Source: an uncultured Bacilli bacterium
GTDB lineage: Bacteria; Bacillota_I; Bacilli_A; RF39; UBA660
Assembly (NCBI GenBank): GCA_944358675.1
Contig: CALVRN010000003.1
Coordinates: forward strand, 3,163-67,162
Direction of reading: 5' to 3'
DNA: 64,000 nt
Of this stretch, positions 18,232 to 28,174 are shown in pieces (the first letter of the stretch is position 1; each line of letters begins with the position of its first letter). The notes under the pieces are model-generated. The model did not search any database. It worked only from the letters and a program-made list of their open reading frames with translations, and was not told the DNA's origin. Both the position numbers and the translations under genes were made by a program.

Positions 18232-20853
18232 CTATAGATTTGGTGTATATGGAACTATAAGTGTACCATATGATCTATCACTAACATTTCCGGCATTATC
18301 AGTTGTTTGAGTACCCAATGATATATTAACTGGGGATCTTCCTCTATACTTCCATGTACAACTATGAGTCCATTCGCAAAAGTCTCCTACGCCATTATTT
18401 GATTTGAACAGATATAGCGTTTTACCTGTGTTAACACCTGATAAATTGTCTTGTGTATATGATCCTTCGTCATAACCCCATGGGGTACACCAAGGATTTA
18501 ATTGTACAGAACAGTTTTGTGTTTTTCCATTACAACTGTTATTTGATAATGATCCACATATTCCACCTGTAACATTTATATAAGGAGTATTTGGCTTTGT
18601 GGCATCTCTTTTAAATCGTTTTGAACATTTATTAGTATTACCTGCGGCATCTTTAACATATCCATAATAAGTTATTCCTTTTGTATCTGTTGTTTGTGTT
18701 GCACTTGTTTTTCCGTTATAACTTGCACTACTGCTACTTGATATTCCATAAGATGCGACTCCACTTAAATTGTCATTTTTAGCAGAGAATGATACTGTTA
18801 CATTACTTCGATACCAACCATTATTTCCTGATGTTCCATTTGAAACTATGCTACATGTCGGAGCGGTTTTATCCATCTTAATCCATTTTGAGCATTTGTT
18901 AGTATTACCTGCAGCATCTTTAACATATCCATAATAGGTTACTCCTGATGTCTCTGCTGTTTGTGATGCACTTGTTTTTCCATTATAACTTGCACTACTA
19001 CTTGTTGTTAATCCATATGATGCGACTCCACTTAAATTATCGCTTCTCGATAATGATAAAGTTACATTACTTCGATACCAACTATTGTTTCCTGATGTTC
19101 CACTTGCACTTATAGAACAGCTTGGTGCTGTTTTATCCATCTTAAACCAAGTTGAACATTTGCCTGTATTTCCAGCAGCATCCCTGACATATCCATAATA
19201 GGTTACTCCTGATGTGTTAGATGAATAAGTTGCACTTGTACTATTATTATATGTTGCACTTGTACTAGTACTTAAGCCGTATGAAGCAACTCCACTTGTT
19301 GAGTCATTTCTCGAGCTAAGTTTTACTGTTACATTACTTTTATACCAACTGTTGTTTCCAACTGTTCCACTCTTGGTTACTGTACATGTTGGAGCGGTTG
19401 AATCTTTCTTGACTGAAATTGAACATTTATTTGTATGTCCAGCGGCATCTTTCACATATCCATAATAAGTTATTCCTTTTGTATCTGCTGTTTGTGTTGC
19501 ACTTGAATTATTTCCATAACTGGCATTTGTGCTTGTTGTTATTCCGTATGATGCGACTCCACTTGTTGCATCAGTTTTTGAGTTAAATGATATTGTGATG
19601 TTTCCTTTATACCAACCATTGTTTCCTGGTGTTCCACTTGATTTTAATGTGCATGATGGTGCTACCGTATCTCTTTTTACATTTTTTGTACATGTTCCAA
19701 CATTTCCTGCTCTATCTTTAACAAAACCATAATATGTTTGACTCTTGGTGTCATAAGTTAATGTCATTTGAGTTGTTCCGTTATATACCGCACTATTTGC
19801 CGTATTCATTCCATATGAGGCAACTCCACTTTCTTTGTCTGATGTTGTCATTTTTAGGGTAACATTTCCGGTATACCATTGATTGCTTCCTTTTTGTCCA
19901 CTATCAGTAATTGTACATGTTGGTTTTGTATTATCTACTACTTTTAACGATGTTCCATTTGCTGAAATATTGCCAGCTTTATCTTTTACCCATATATAAT
20001 ATGTTCCTAAATCAAGTCCTCTTACAAATGTTTTGGTTTCTCCTCCATTACTTGAAACTGATATCCAATTACTATCATCTTCACTTGGTCTTGTGTTTGA
20101 TGTTGATATATATAAGCCATTTATTCCACTAATTTCATCTCTTGCAGTTATTCTTACTCTATTGTTTCCATTACTCCATGAGCCCATTTCGACTTTTGTT
20201 ATTACTGGTATTTCACTATCTATGTTTATAATATCTATTTTTGATGAAATTATATTATTACCTTTTAATCTAGCTTCTAACTGGCCAATTTTTGTAAATA
20301 CTAATTCTACATTTCCGCCATCATCTGCACTGCTATCTCTTATCCATGAGCCATTATCTATACGGTGTGATGCTTGGAAGTTTCCATCCATTTCAGGATA
20401 TATAATTGTGACTTTTCTTTGTTTTACCCAGCTACTTCCACTTGGATCAACTATAAAATCTATCATTGGTAAAGCGGCTATTTCTTCACATTCTGCGCCT
20501 TCTTTTAATTCGTGCTCGGTATTACCGCTACTATATATTGTAACCATTACGGATTTATCAGATATATCTTCTCCTGTTGTGACATCTTTTACTGGAGCAG
20601 CTAATTTTCCATCATCGATTAAGCTTTGAATGGTTATACAATATCTTCCACTTTTTCCCGGTGGATAATCTTCTGGATGTTCTCTTATATACTGATCGGC
20701 AGCATCGTATATTATTTGATTTTCTGCTTCTACTGCTTCATCTCCGCTACTTGATATTCTATTTATTATTCCTGGGATAACTAGAATTAATAATAAAGAT
20801 ATTATTACTATTACTCCCAATATCTCAGTTAATGTAAATCCTTTTTTGTTCAT
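18232..20853 (-). CDS. large type IV pilin-like (prepilin N-terminal cleavage/methylation domain) protein with five tandem 88-aa Cys-pair repeat domains
   Basis: N-terminus KKGFTLTEILGVIVIISLLLILVIPG is the class III/prepilin signal (G|FTLxE). Residues about 307-747 are 5 copies of D.T.P.C....SG..G.N.WY..N.T......D..SGVASYG...S..A.Y.......T......TYYGYVKDAAGNT.KCS. Confidence 0.7.
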   Translation of the reverse strand: MNKKGFTLTEILGVIVIISLLLILVIPGIINRISSSGDEAVEAENQIIYDAADQYIREHPEDYPPGKSGRYCITIQSLIDDGKLAAPVKDVTTGEDISDKSVMVTIYSSGNTEHELKEGAECEEIAALPMIDFIVDPSGSSWVKQRKVTIIYPEMDGNFQASHRIDNGSWIRDSSADDGGNVELVFTKIGQLEARLKGNNIISSKIDIINIDSEIPVITKVEMGSWSNGNNRVRITARDEISGINGLYISTSNTRPSEDDSNWISVSSNGGETKTFVRGLDLGTYYIWVKDKAGNISANGTSLKVVDNTKPTCTITDSGQKGSNQWYTGNVTLKMTTSDKESGVASYGMNTANSAVYNGTTQMTLTYDTKSQTYYGFVKDRAGNVGTCTKNVKRDTVAPSCTLKSSGTPGNNGWYKGNITISFNSKTDATSGVASYGITTSTNASYGNNSSATQTADTKGITYYGYVKDAAGHTNKCSISVKKDSTAPTCTVTKSGTVGNNSWYKSNVTVKLSSRNDSTSGVASYGLSTSTSATYNNSTSATYSSNTSGVTYYGYVRDAAGNTGKCSTWFKMDKTAPSCSISASGTSGNNSWYRSNVTLSLSRSDNLSGVASYGLTTSSSASYNGKTSASQTAETSGVTYYGYVKDAAGNTNKCSKWIKMDKTAPTCSIVSNGTSGNNGWYRSNVTVSFSAKNDNLSGVASYGISSSSSASYNGKTSATQTTDTKGITYYGYVKDAAGNTNKCSKRFKRDATKPNTPYINVTGGICGSLSNNSCNGKTQNCSVQLNPWCTPWGYDEGSYTQDNLSGVNTGKTLYLFKSNNGVGDFCEWTHSCTWKYRGRSPVNISLGTQTTDNAGNVSDRSYGTLIVPYTPNL
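18610..19935 (-). repeat. five tandem copies of an about 264-bp coding repeat (88-aa domains) inside the pilin-like gene
   Basis: Near-identical DNA blocks recur at about 264-bp spacing (for example tccataataagttattccttttgtatctg at 18661 and at 19461). The protein repeats align residue by residue. Confidence 0.7.
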
Positions 20854-20977
20854 TATGCTTCCTCCCCTATTATTTTCATTATAACATAATTTTTTTGTAA
20901 AAAATAGAGTAATTTTTCACTTAAAAATAATTGTATCTTTAAAAACTTTAGTGTATTATATTTATTGGTGATAACTC

Positions 20978-22108
20978 ATGAAAAATATTTCAAAATATAA
21001 AATGGATAAAACTATTTTAATTCCAATTTTGATTTTTGCATTTATTAGTATTATTACCTTATATGGTGCTAGTAGTATCTTACCAAGTACGATGGATCAT
21101 TTGGTTACTAATCAAATTATTTGGTATATTGCTGGATTTGTGATTATATATCTTATAATGACAGTTGGAAATACATATATATATAGGATGAGTTGGTTTT
21201 TATATGCGATTGGCATTTTATCTTTAATTGGATTATTTTTCTTTGGAAAAACAATTAATGATGCGACTTGTTGGTATGAAATAAAAGGGGTTGGAACGCT
21301 TCAACCTAGTGAATTTATGAAAATTATTTTAATTATTGTAAATGCTTCAATGATTTCTAAATTTAATGAGGAATTTCCTAACCCTAGCATTAGAGAAGAA
21401 TTTATGTTTTTAATTAAAGTGGCTTTGGTGGTACTTGTTCCTAGTGTTTTGACTTTTATGCAGCCGGATACTGGGGTTGTACTTATTTATTTACTTATTA
21501 CATTTGTGATGCTTTTTATTTCAGGTATTAGATACAGGTGGTTTTTAATAATAATAGGTGTGGCTGTATTTTTTATTGTTTTGGTTTTAGGAATTTATTT
21601 TATTAGTCAAGATTTGTTTATTAAAATATTTGGTACAAGTTTCTTTTTAAGAGTAGATAGATTACTCGATTGGTCTAATCAAAGTGGATATCAACTTGAA
21701 AATAGTCTAAGTGCGATTGGTTCAGCTGGGTTATTAGGGCATGGTCTTACTACTAATCCAATTTATTTTCCTGAAGCTCAAACTGATTTTATATTTGCGG
21801 TTTATGCAAGTCATTTTGGATTTATTGGTTCTGTTATTTTGCTTTCACTACTCGCAATGTTTGATATTAGATTAATTACTCTTGCTTTAAAAACAAATAA
21901 ACTTGTAAATAAATATGTAATAGCTGGTGTAGTCGGTATGCTTTTGTATCAACAAATTCAAAATATTGGAATGACATTTGGATTATTACCAATTACTGGT
22001 ATTACACTACCATTTATAAGTTATGGTGGCTCTAGTTTGCTTAGTTATATGCTGGCAATGGGGCTTATATTTAATATTTCTAATGAAGAGATGCGTTATA
22101 CAAATTAA
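20978..22108 (+). CDS. SEDS-family peptidoglycan glycosyltransferase (FtsW/RodA)
   Basis: 376 aa, about 10 TM. FtsW/RodA family pattern (...QPSEFMKI..., GHGL..., LPFISYGGSSL). Confidence 0.8.
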   Translation: MKNISKYKMDKTILIPILIFAFISIITLYGASSILPSTMDHLVTNQIIWYIAGFVIIYLIMTVGNTYIYRMSWFLYAIGILSLIGLFFFGKTINDATCWYEIKGVGTLQPSEFMKIILIIVNASMISKFNEEFPNPSIREEFMFLIKVALVVLVPSVLTFMQPDTGVVLIYLLITFVMLFISGIRYRWFLIIIGVAVFFIVLVLGIYFISQDLFIKIFGTSFFLRVDRLLDWSNQSGYQLENSLSAIGSAGLLGHGLTTNPIYFPEAQTDFIFAVYASHFGFIGSVILLSLLAMFDIRLITLALKTNKLVNKYVIAGVVGMLLYQQIQNIGMTFGLLPITGITLPFISYGGSSLLSYMLAMGLIFNISNEEMRYTN

Positions 22109-22110
22109 AA

Positions 22111-22138
22111 AATCAGGGTTTTCCTGATTTTTTTATTC
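22111..22138. terminator. bidirectional terminator between ftsW/rodA and rpmF
   Basis: aaatcagg-gttttc-ctgattt hairpin followed by TTTTTATT. Confidence 0.65.
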
Positions 22139-22324
22139 TTCTGTATTTTCTTTTTTAGCGATAACTTCTTTACCTTTATAAGTTCCACAGTTTTTACATA
22201 CACGGTGTGGTTTTACTGGTGCACCACATTTTGGGCATGTTGTAACAGTTTTTGCACTTATTTTGTAATGAGTACGACGCATTCTTCCACTAGTTTTACT
22301 AACTTTTCTTGCTGGTACGGCCAT
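22133..22324 (-). CDS. rpmF: 50S ribosomal protein L32
   Basis: [22 protein letters not shown]... with CPKCG...CKNCG zinc ribbon. Confidence 0.93.
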   Translation of the reverse strand: MAVPARKVSKTSGRMRRTHYKISAKTVTTCPKCGAPVKPHRVCKNCGTYKGKEVIAKKENTEE

Positions 22325-22335
22325 GATAACACCTC

Positions 22336-22785
22336 CTATAATAAATCTTTTAATTTAGCTAGGCTGTTTACACCTTTTTCTTCGCTATCTGATATAAGTT
22401 CCCATCCATCACCCTTTGTTTTCATATTCTTTGCTTTAGGGCTAACAACTCTCATGGGAATTTCCATTAATATATTTTCCCATATTATTGGTAAAATATC
22501 AATAGTTTTTTGAGAGTTTTCGATGATTTCGTTTAAATTTTCTTCGATTTCTAAAGTAAATGGATAGTCTACTGGTTCTAATGTAAGGTTGCAAGGTAAA
22601 ATCATTTTACCTTTGATAGTTAAATTTAATATATTTTCTTCTCTATTGCTTGTTATTTCACCTTTAACACTTACTTCATCCATGTCTAATATTCCAGCTT
22701 TTTCTAAATCTTCTTTAGGAAAAGTGACTTTAGTATCAATGATAATTTTTGGTTTTGTGTTTAAACTATTTAAATCAAATTCCAT
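22336..22785 (-). CDS. YceD/DUF177 family protein
   Basis: 149 aa acidic protein immediately upstream of rpmF (the conserved yceD-rpmF pair). It carries the C..C..L pattern. Confidence 0.75.
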   Translation of the reverse strand: MEFDLNSLNTKPKIIIDTKVTFPKEDLEKAGILDMDEVSVKGEITSNREENILNLTIKGKMILPCNLTLEPVDYPFTLEIEENLNEIIENSQKTIDILPIIWENILMEIPMRVVSPKAKNMKTKGDGWELISDSEEKGVNSLAKLKDLL

Positions 22786-22870
22786 TTAATCACCTTTAAC
22801 ATTATATATTATTTTTAATTTTGGTGCAACCTCAGTATAGTTTTTTAGAATAATGATAAAATAAAATTAG

Positions 22871-23368
22871 GTGGATAATATGAATATATTAGTTTATTTA
22901 GCTATTTTTGGATTCAAAATTATTGAAGATGCTTTAGCTACTTTAAGGTTAATTGTAGTTAGTAATGGCAAAAAAAAACTAGGAGCAATTTTACAGTTTG
23001 TTGTAACTTTAATTTGGATTATTTTGACTGGAACCGTTTTAATGGGGTTACAAAAAGATATATTTAAGGCTATTGCATTTGCATTGGGTGCTTTGTTTGG
23101 TTCTTATTTGGGAAGTGTTTTGGAAGAGAAAATAGCTCTTGGAACAAATGTCTTTATGGTAGAAATAAATAGTGATAAAGCTACAAAACTAATTAATAAT
23201 TTAAATAAAGAAAATTTTCGAATATCAAAAATTAAAAGTGGTAATGATGGAAATATTATTTTAATGATTACAGGTGCTAGAAAGAAAACTAGTAAAGTTG
23301 TTTCAATTATTAGGAATACTGATAAAGGGGCTGTTATTTTAAGTGAGAAAGTTAAGATTGCTGTATAA
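22871..23368 (+). CDS. UPF0316/DUF2179 family membrane protein
   Basis: 165 aa. 3 TM N-terminal half plus a C-terminal DUF2179-like domain (NVFMVEINSDKATKLINNLNKENFRISKIKSGNDGNIILMITGARKK). Confidence 0.6.
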   Translation: MDNMNILVYLAIFGFKIIEDALATLRLIVVSNGKKKLGAILQFVVTLIWIILTGTVLMGLQKDIFKAIAFALGALFGSYLGSVLEEKIALGTNVFMVEINSDKATKLINNLNKENFRISKIKSGNDGNIILMITGARKKTSKVVSIIRNTDKGAVILSEKVKIAV

Positions 23369-23975
23369 TTTTATATATTTCTAATGGGTTATCAGTTATT
23401 ATATTTTCGTTTTTATTTACTTTTTCTAATTCTTTTTTTGTATTGACAGTCCATCTAAAGGTTTCTTTATTTGGAATTTTTTTATTATATAAAATATTTA
23501 TCGAATTAAAATCAAAGTTATTATTTATATGTTTGGTGTTTATTTTGATACTGATGATTAACCCAGCTTTAATGTGACAACACTTTTTAAAATCAATTAA
23601 AAAATTGTAATTGAAACTACATATATAATAATTTAATTTATATTTATTTAAAGTTTTTATTAATTTTTTGGTCATTTGTTTTATTTGTTTGTCATCAACT
23701 TTGACTTCTATCATAATTATTTTATTATTGCTTATATTGATTAAAATTTCATCTAGCATATTTAAACCTAATCGTTGTAATTTAACAGCATTAGTGTTAT
23801 TTATATAGTATCCATTATAAAAAGGATCATGATTAATGATTAGTTTTTTATCTTTAGTTAGTCTAACATCTAGCTCTACTCCATCAACATATTTTTTATT
23901 TAAACTATTTATAATAGCTTCTAAACTGTTTTCTTTATGTATTCCATCATTACCTCTATGTGCGATAATTTTCAT
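23352..23975 (-). CDS. glycerophosphodiester phosphodiesterase family protein
   Basis: IIAHRGN...E.DV..TKD...I.HD N-terminal GDPD signature. 207 aa. Confidence 0.75.
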   Translation of the reverse strand: MKIIAHRGNDGIHKENSLEAIINSLNKKYVDGVELDVRLTKDKKLIINHDPFYNGYYINNTNAVKLQRLGLNMLDEILINISNNKIIMIEVKVDDKQIKQMTKKLIKTLNKYKLNYYICSFNYNFLIDFKKCCHIKAGLIISIKINTKHINNNFDFNSINILYNKKIPNKETFRWTVNTKKELEKVNKNENIITDNPLEIYKIIQQS

Positions 23976-24007
23976 ATTATATTTTATTTAAACAAATTTA
24001 TTTTATT

Positions 24008-24033
24008 CATAATAAAAGGCCGCTTATGCGGCC
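24008..24033 (-). terminator. GC-rich hairpin GGCCGC-ttat-GCGGCC with downstream T-run (reading the minus strand)
   Basis: The arms are at 24018-24023 and 24028-24033. The stem stands out in this AT-rich DNA. It probably terminates the lepA...tmk operon about 220 nt after the tmk stop. Confidence 0.55.
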
Positions 24034-24250
24034 AAGGAGTAAAAATTGAGTAAGAACTCAACCCAAAGAAATTATATTCCCTATCCCACCCTCGAATATT
24101 GCTATTCTACCAACTAAATTTCTTATAACACTTTTATTATGTAAAATATTTTTAATTTCATTCATAATAATGGTGTTTTTTTCTTTTTAATTATAGCTTA
24201 TTTTAAAACATTTGGCAACAGTTAAATTGCGAAAAAAACATTTTTTTACA

Positions 24251-24937
24251 TTATCCTCTTTTATTCAAAAATGGTTTTACTTTATCATATACAATTTTAT
24301 TAATTTCTTCAATATCTTTTGGTTTATCGTTTTCAGAACATTCAATAGTTATAAAGTTATATTTTTTTGCGAGTTCTAAATAAGCTGTTTCTGCATGTTT
24401 TAAATGATTTTCATCCTTTTCATGACCATCAGCTTTTTCTTTTCGGTGTTCTTTTAGTTTTTCAGCAACTTTTAATGGCATATGGAGAAAAATGGTTAAA
24501 TCTGGTTTTGGTAGTTCCATTAAATCAAATTCTAATTTATCTAACCAATTATACATGTTTATGCGTTCTTCTTTGTTTTCTATTTTTCCACCTTGATGAG
24601 CCATATTAGAATAAATATATCTATCTAAAATGACATTATATCCTCTTTCTAATAGAAAAATTATTTTATCAATATTATATTTTCTATCTGCTGCATAATA
24701 TAAAGCGGCTACTTTTGGATCGACTTTAGTTGAACCTTCTTCAAAATAACATGAGTCAAAACCATCTTTACCTAAATATGGTCCTCCAATTATTTTCCCT
24801 GTTGGTGAAGAGTAATTTGGAAAAGAAAAGTTTTGAACTTGATATCCTTCTTCTCTTAATTTTTTTATTAATAAATTGGTTTGTGTTTCTTTACCTGAAC
24901 AGTCTGTTCCTTCAATGGTTATTAATTTTCCCCTCAT
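24251..24937 (-). CDS. tmk: thymidylate kinase
   Basis: ITIEGTDCSGKETQ P-loop, then DRY motif. 228 aa. Confidence 0.9.
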   Translation of the reverse strand: MRGKLITIEGTDCSGKETQTNLLIKKLREEGYQVQNFSFPNYSSPTGKIIGGPYLGKDGFDSCYFEEGSTKVDPKVAALYYAADRKYNIDKIIFLLERGYNVILDRYIYSNMAHQGGKIENKEERINMYNWLDKLEFDLMELPKPDLTIFLHMPLKVAEKLKEHRKEKADGHEKDENHLKHAETAYLELAKKYNFITIECSENDKPKDIEEINKIVYDKVKPFLNKRG

Positions 24938-24940
24938 AAT

Positions 24941-25423
24941 CTATCTCCTCTTATATAAAATGTGTTTATATTTTATATTTGTTTTTTGATCAGTTTTTTC
25001 ATCTAATACTATAGATTCGTATTCATTTTTATTAAAATGTGGAAAAAATGCATCGGCTTTTGATGTGGATTCTATTTCTGTTAAGTACAGTTCATCTGTA
25101 TATTTTAATAAAGCTTGATATATACTAGCCCCACCTATATTGAATATTTTTTCACAACTATCTTGATATTTTGATATAAAATCTTGAATACTATGGTAAA
25201 CTTCAATTTCAGGAATATCAATATTGCTTTTAGATAAGACAATATGTTTTCTATCAGGTAATAGTTTTGGAAGTGATTCAAATGTTTTTCTACCCATAAT
25301 TATTGTATGATAAGTAGTTATTTCTTTGAAAAATTTCATATCACCCGGAAGATGCCATATTAAATTATTATTTAGTCCTAGTTCATTATTTTTACCAATT
25401 GCGGCAATTAGTGATAATTTCAT
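24941..25423 (-). CDS. folA: dihydrofolate reductase
   Basis: LIAAIGKNNELG...IMGRKTFESLP. 160 aa. Overlaps thyA by 4 nt. Confidence 0.9.
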   Translation of the reverse strand: MKLSLIAAIGKNNELGLNNNLIWHLPGDMKFFKEITTYHTIIMGRKTFESLPKLLPDRKHIVLSKSNIDIPEIEVYHSIQDFISKYQDSCEKIFNIGGASIYQALLKYTDELYLTEIESTSKADAFFPHFNKNEYESIVLDEKTDQKTNIKYKHILYKRR

Positions 25424-26484
25424 TGGGCGAGTGGAAATCTGATCTTTCCATGATGTTTATAATTTAATAGTTTGACATCTTTACATTCTTTGGAATTATC
25501 ATATTCATAAAAATCAGTTACTTCTGGATTTAACCATAGTTCTGGAGCTTTTAAGTCTTCTAGTTCATCGCCACGGCGGATTTGCTCTTTTATTCCATCT
25601 ATTTGATTTAGATATATATGCGCATCTTTTATACTCCAGTCAAGTGTACCTGGCTTTAATCCAGTTACTCTAGCCAGCATGTTTAACAATACTGCATACT
25701 GAGTAACATTAAATGGTAAACCTAATGGGACATCACAGCTTCTTTGATGAACCCAAGCGTTTAATTTTCCATCAGTTACATCCCATTCACTAGACCAAAC
25801 ACATGATGGTAAAACGGCTGTGTTTACATATTCATCTTGCCATAAACTAATGACATTTCTTCTGTCAGTTCTATTATTTTTTAAATTGTCTATGAGATTT
25901 TCAATTAAATGATATTTTCCAACAATATATCCGTAGGCTGTTCCAATAGTGTGAGCATACTCTTTACCATAGAATTTGGCATTTTTAATGTTTTTCTTAA
26001 TAGTTTCTTTATCTGGATAAATTCTAATACTATTTTCTTCGCTTAAACTCTTAGCCATCATAATATTACCATTTTCATCTTTTTTTAGTTGTAAGCCTCC
26101 ATTATGTTTATATTTTGGAACACTTAATGGATCTAATACTGGTACTTCCCTATTTTTGTCATAAGGTGTTTTTTCACTATCTGCTTCATAAATTCTATAA
26201 ATACCATCTTCATCTACTTCCCATTCATCCCAAATATGAACATTTCTATCTTGAAGCCATCTAACATCATTACTAGCTGCTTGATAAATCCAAAGCATTT
26301 CTAAAACAGCTTGTCTTATAAATAATTGTTTAGTTGTTAGAATTGGAAATTCTTCTTCTAAATCAAATTGAAAATGATGAGATGGAACTTTGATGGTATT
26401 TATGCCTGTTCTATTTTCTACTTCAGTGCCATCATTTAATATTCTTTTACATAAGTCTAAATAATCTTTATCCCATTTAGCCAT
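25420..26484 (-). CDS. thyA: thymidylate synthase (ThyA) with a long internal insertion
   Basis: 354 aa. C-terminal half DRRNVISLWQ, VHQRSCDVPLGLPFN and LDWSIKDAHIYLNQ are ThyA hallmarks. An insertion of about 80-90 aa follows the first conserved block. Confidence 0.88.
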   Translation of the reverse strand: MAKWDKDYLDLCKRILNDGTEVENRTGINTIKVPSHHFQFDLEEEFPILTTKQLFIRQAVLEMLWIYQAASNDVRWLQDRNVHIWDEWEVDEDGIYRIYEADSEKTPYDKNREVPVLDPLSVPKYKHNGGLQLKKDENGNIMMAKSLSEENSIRIYPDKETIKKNIKNAKFYGKEYAHTIGTAYGYIVGKYHLIENLIDNLKNNRTDRRNVISLWQDEYVNTAVLPSCVWSSEWDVTDGKLNAWVHQRSCDVPLGLPFNVTQYAVLLNMLARVTGLKPGTLDWSIKDAHIYLNQIDGIKEQIRRGDELEDLKAPELWLNPEVTDFYEYDNSKECKDVKLLNYKHHGKIRFPLAQ

Positions 26485-26489
26485 TTAAA

Positions 26490-27071
26490 TCACTCCTTTA
26501 TTTCATTATTTTCAAATTTTACATCTAGAAATTTACGACTTGCTAGAAAATCACACATATGAACGAATCTTTGATATTTATTATGTGGGATAGGTAAAAC
26601 CACATCACTATATGGATTTGTATTATATATACCCATGTGGGATGAGATAACATTTGCTAAAAATTCTATTTCACTATCAGTAAATGTTGTTTTATCCTTA
26701 TTTTCTTTAATATAATTAGCTATCAATATTGGATGATCAAATCTAACATATTTTTCTTTTACTTTCCCATGCTTTAAACCATCATGCATGATTAATGCAA
26801 TTATCATTAAATCTTTTTCATCATCGGTAAATGAATAACCTATTACTTCATTATTAGCTAGCTCATAGGCTAATTTAACGGCTACTTTAGTGTGCCTAAC
26901 TAGTCCTCCTTCGCCTAAGGCAAATTCTGGATGATATTTTCCGGTAGAACTGGCGGCTACTTCATAAAAATAATTAGGTAATAATTCGATTAGTTTTTTA
27001 GCATTTTCTCTATATTTTGGATTTTTGATATAAGTTAGTTCTTTATTAAATATGTCTTTCATATTAACCAC
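26490..27071 (-). CDS. HD-domain phosphohydrolase
   Basis: GKYHP...LVRHT...IMHDGLKHG...H..D pattern. 193 aa. Confidence 0.7.
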   Translation of the reverse strand: MVNMKDIFNKELTYIKNPKYRENAKKLIELLPNYFYEVAASSTGKYHPEFALGEGGLVRHTKVAVKLAYELANNEVIGYSFTDDEKDLMIIALIMHDGLKHGKVKEKYVRFDHPILIANYIKENKDKTTFTDSEIEFLANVISSHMGIYNTNPYSDVVLPIPHNKYQRFVHMCDFLASRKFLDVKFENNEIKE

Positions 27072-27112
27072 CTACTTTAAGATTATCACAAACTAATGTT
27101 TGTGTAAAGACA

Positions 27113-28174
27113 TTATATAAAATTTAATAATATTTCATTTGATGTATACAAATATTTTGGATTTATGTAAATGTTTGTATTATCTTCTAATAATAATTTT
27201 TCATTTAATAAAGTTTTTACTTTTGGCAATTCTTTGATATTTATTTTGTATTTTTTATAAAAACCTTCTTTATTTATACCCTTTATTTTTCTTAAACCTA
27301 AAATAAATTCATTTTGAATAGTTTCTTCTAAAGAAAGTTCATTTTTCTCTAAAATGTAATTTCCTTTTAAATATTCATTTAAACTTTTTGTATTTTCATA
27401 TCTTACATTATCTACATAACCACTCGCACCTAACCCAAAACCATAATAGTGTTCATTATTCCAATATGTAAGATTATGTTTAGATTCATATCCTTCTTTA
27501 GAAAAGTTACTTAATTCATATCTTACATAGTCATTTTCTTTTAAAGTTTTTGTAATAAAATCATACATTTCTCTTTCTTTATCATCATCTAATGGTTTAT
27601 AGTTATCAATATATAGTTTTGTATGAGGTTCTAAAATTAAACAATATGTAGATATATGTTTTGGATTCAATTTAATTATTTCATTTAAATCTGTTTTCAA
27701 ATCTTTTAAGGTTTGATTTTTAAAGCCATACATTAAATCAATATTGACATTGTTAAATGTTTGACAAGCTAGTTTTAGGTTTTCAATATTCAACTTACGG
27801 TTTAATTTTTTTATGATGTTTTCATCAAATGTTTGAATACCAATACTCAAGCGATTAATGTGTTTTTTTAAGAAGGCTATTTTTTCTTTAGTTAAATCTT
27901 CGCTGTTTGTTTCAAAAGTTATTTCACAGTTTTTATCTAAATTAAATCTTTTTAATATATTAAATAGTTTTTTTAATTGCATTAAAGATAATGAACTAGG
28001 TGTTCCTCCACCAATATATAATGTGTTTATTTTTTCTCCTTTATAATTACTTTTTATTTCTTTTTCTAAAGTGTCTAAATAATCATCTATGTATTTTTCA
28101 TTTTTTAATATTTTACAAAAATCACAATATGAACATATAGAAGAACAAAAAGGAATATGAATATATATACTCAT
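27113..28174 (-). CDS. hemW: radical SAM HemW/HemN-like heme chaperone (oxygen-independent coproporphyrinogen-III oxidase-like)
   Basis: IYIHIPFCSSICSYCDFC CxxxCxxC radical-SAM motif with the HemW pattern. 353 aa. Sits downstream of lepA as in many Bacillota. Confidence 0.85.
   Translation of the reverse strand: MSIYIHIPFCSSICSYCDFCKILKNEKYIDDYLDTLEKEIKSNYKGEKINTLYIGGGTPSSLSLMQLKKLFNILKRFNLDKNCEITFETNSEDLTKEKIAFLKKHINRLSIGIQTFDENIIKKLNRKLNIENLKLACQTFNNVNIDLMYGFKNQTLKDLKTDLNEIIKLNPKHISTYCLILEPHTKLYIDNYKPLDDDKEREMYDFITKTLKENDYVRYELSNFSKEGYESKHNLTYWNNEHYYGFGLGASGYVDNVRYENTKSLNEYLKGNYILEKNELSLEETIQNEFILGLRKIKGINKEGFYKKYKINIKELPKVKTLLNEKLLLEDNTNIYINPKYLYTSNEILLNFI

Noticed and set aside
20033-20629. 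198-aa plus-strand ORF (and other plus ORFs 19529..19732, 19911..20132) opposite the pilin-like gene
   Set aside because: Antisense frames inside a well-supported repeat-containing CDS. Low-complexity translation, no RBS.
24058-24165. 35-aa minus-strand ORF (MNEIKNILHNKSVIRNLVGRIAIFEGGIGNIISLG) between tmk and the GC-rich terminator
   Set aside because: No Shine-Dalgarno sequence upstream. It probably belongs to the 3' UTR of the tmk operon.
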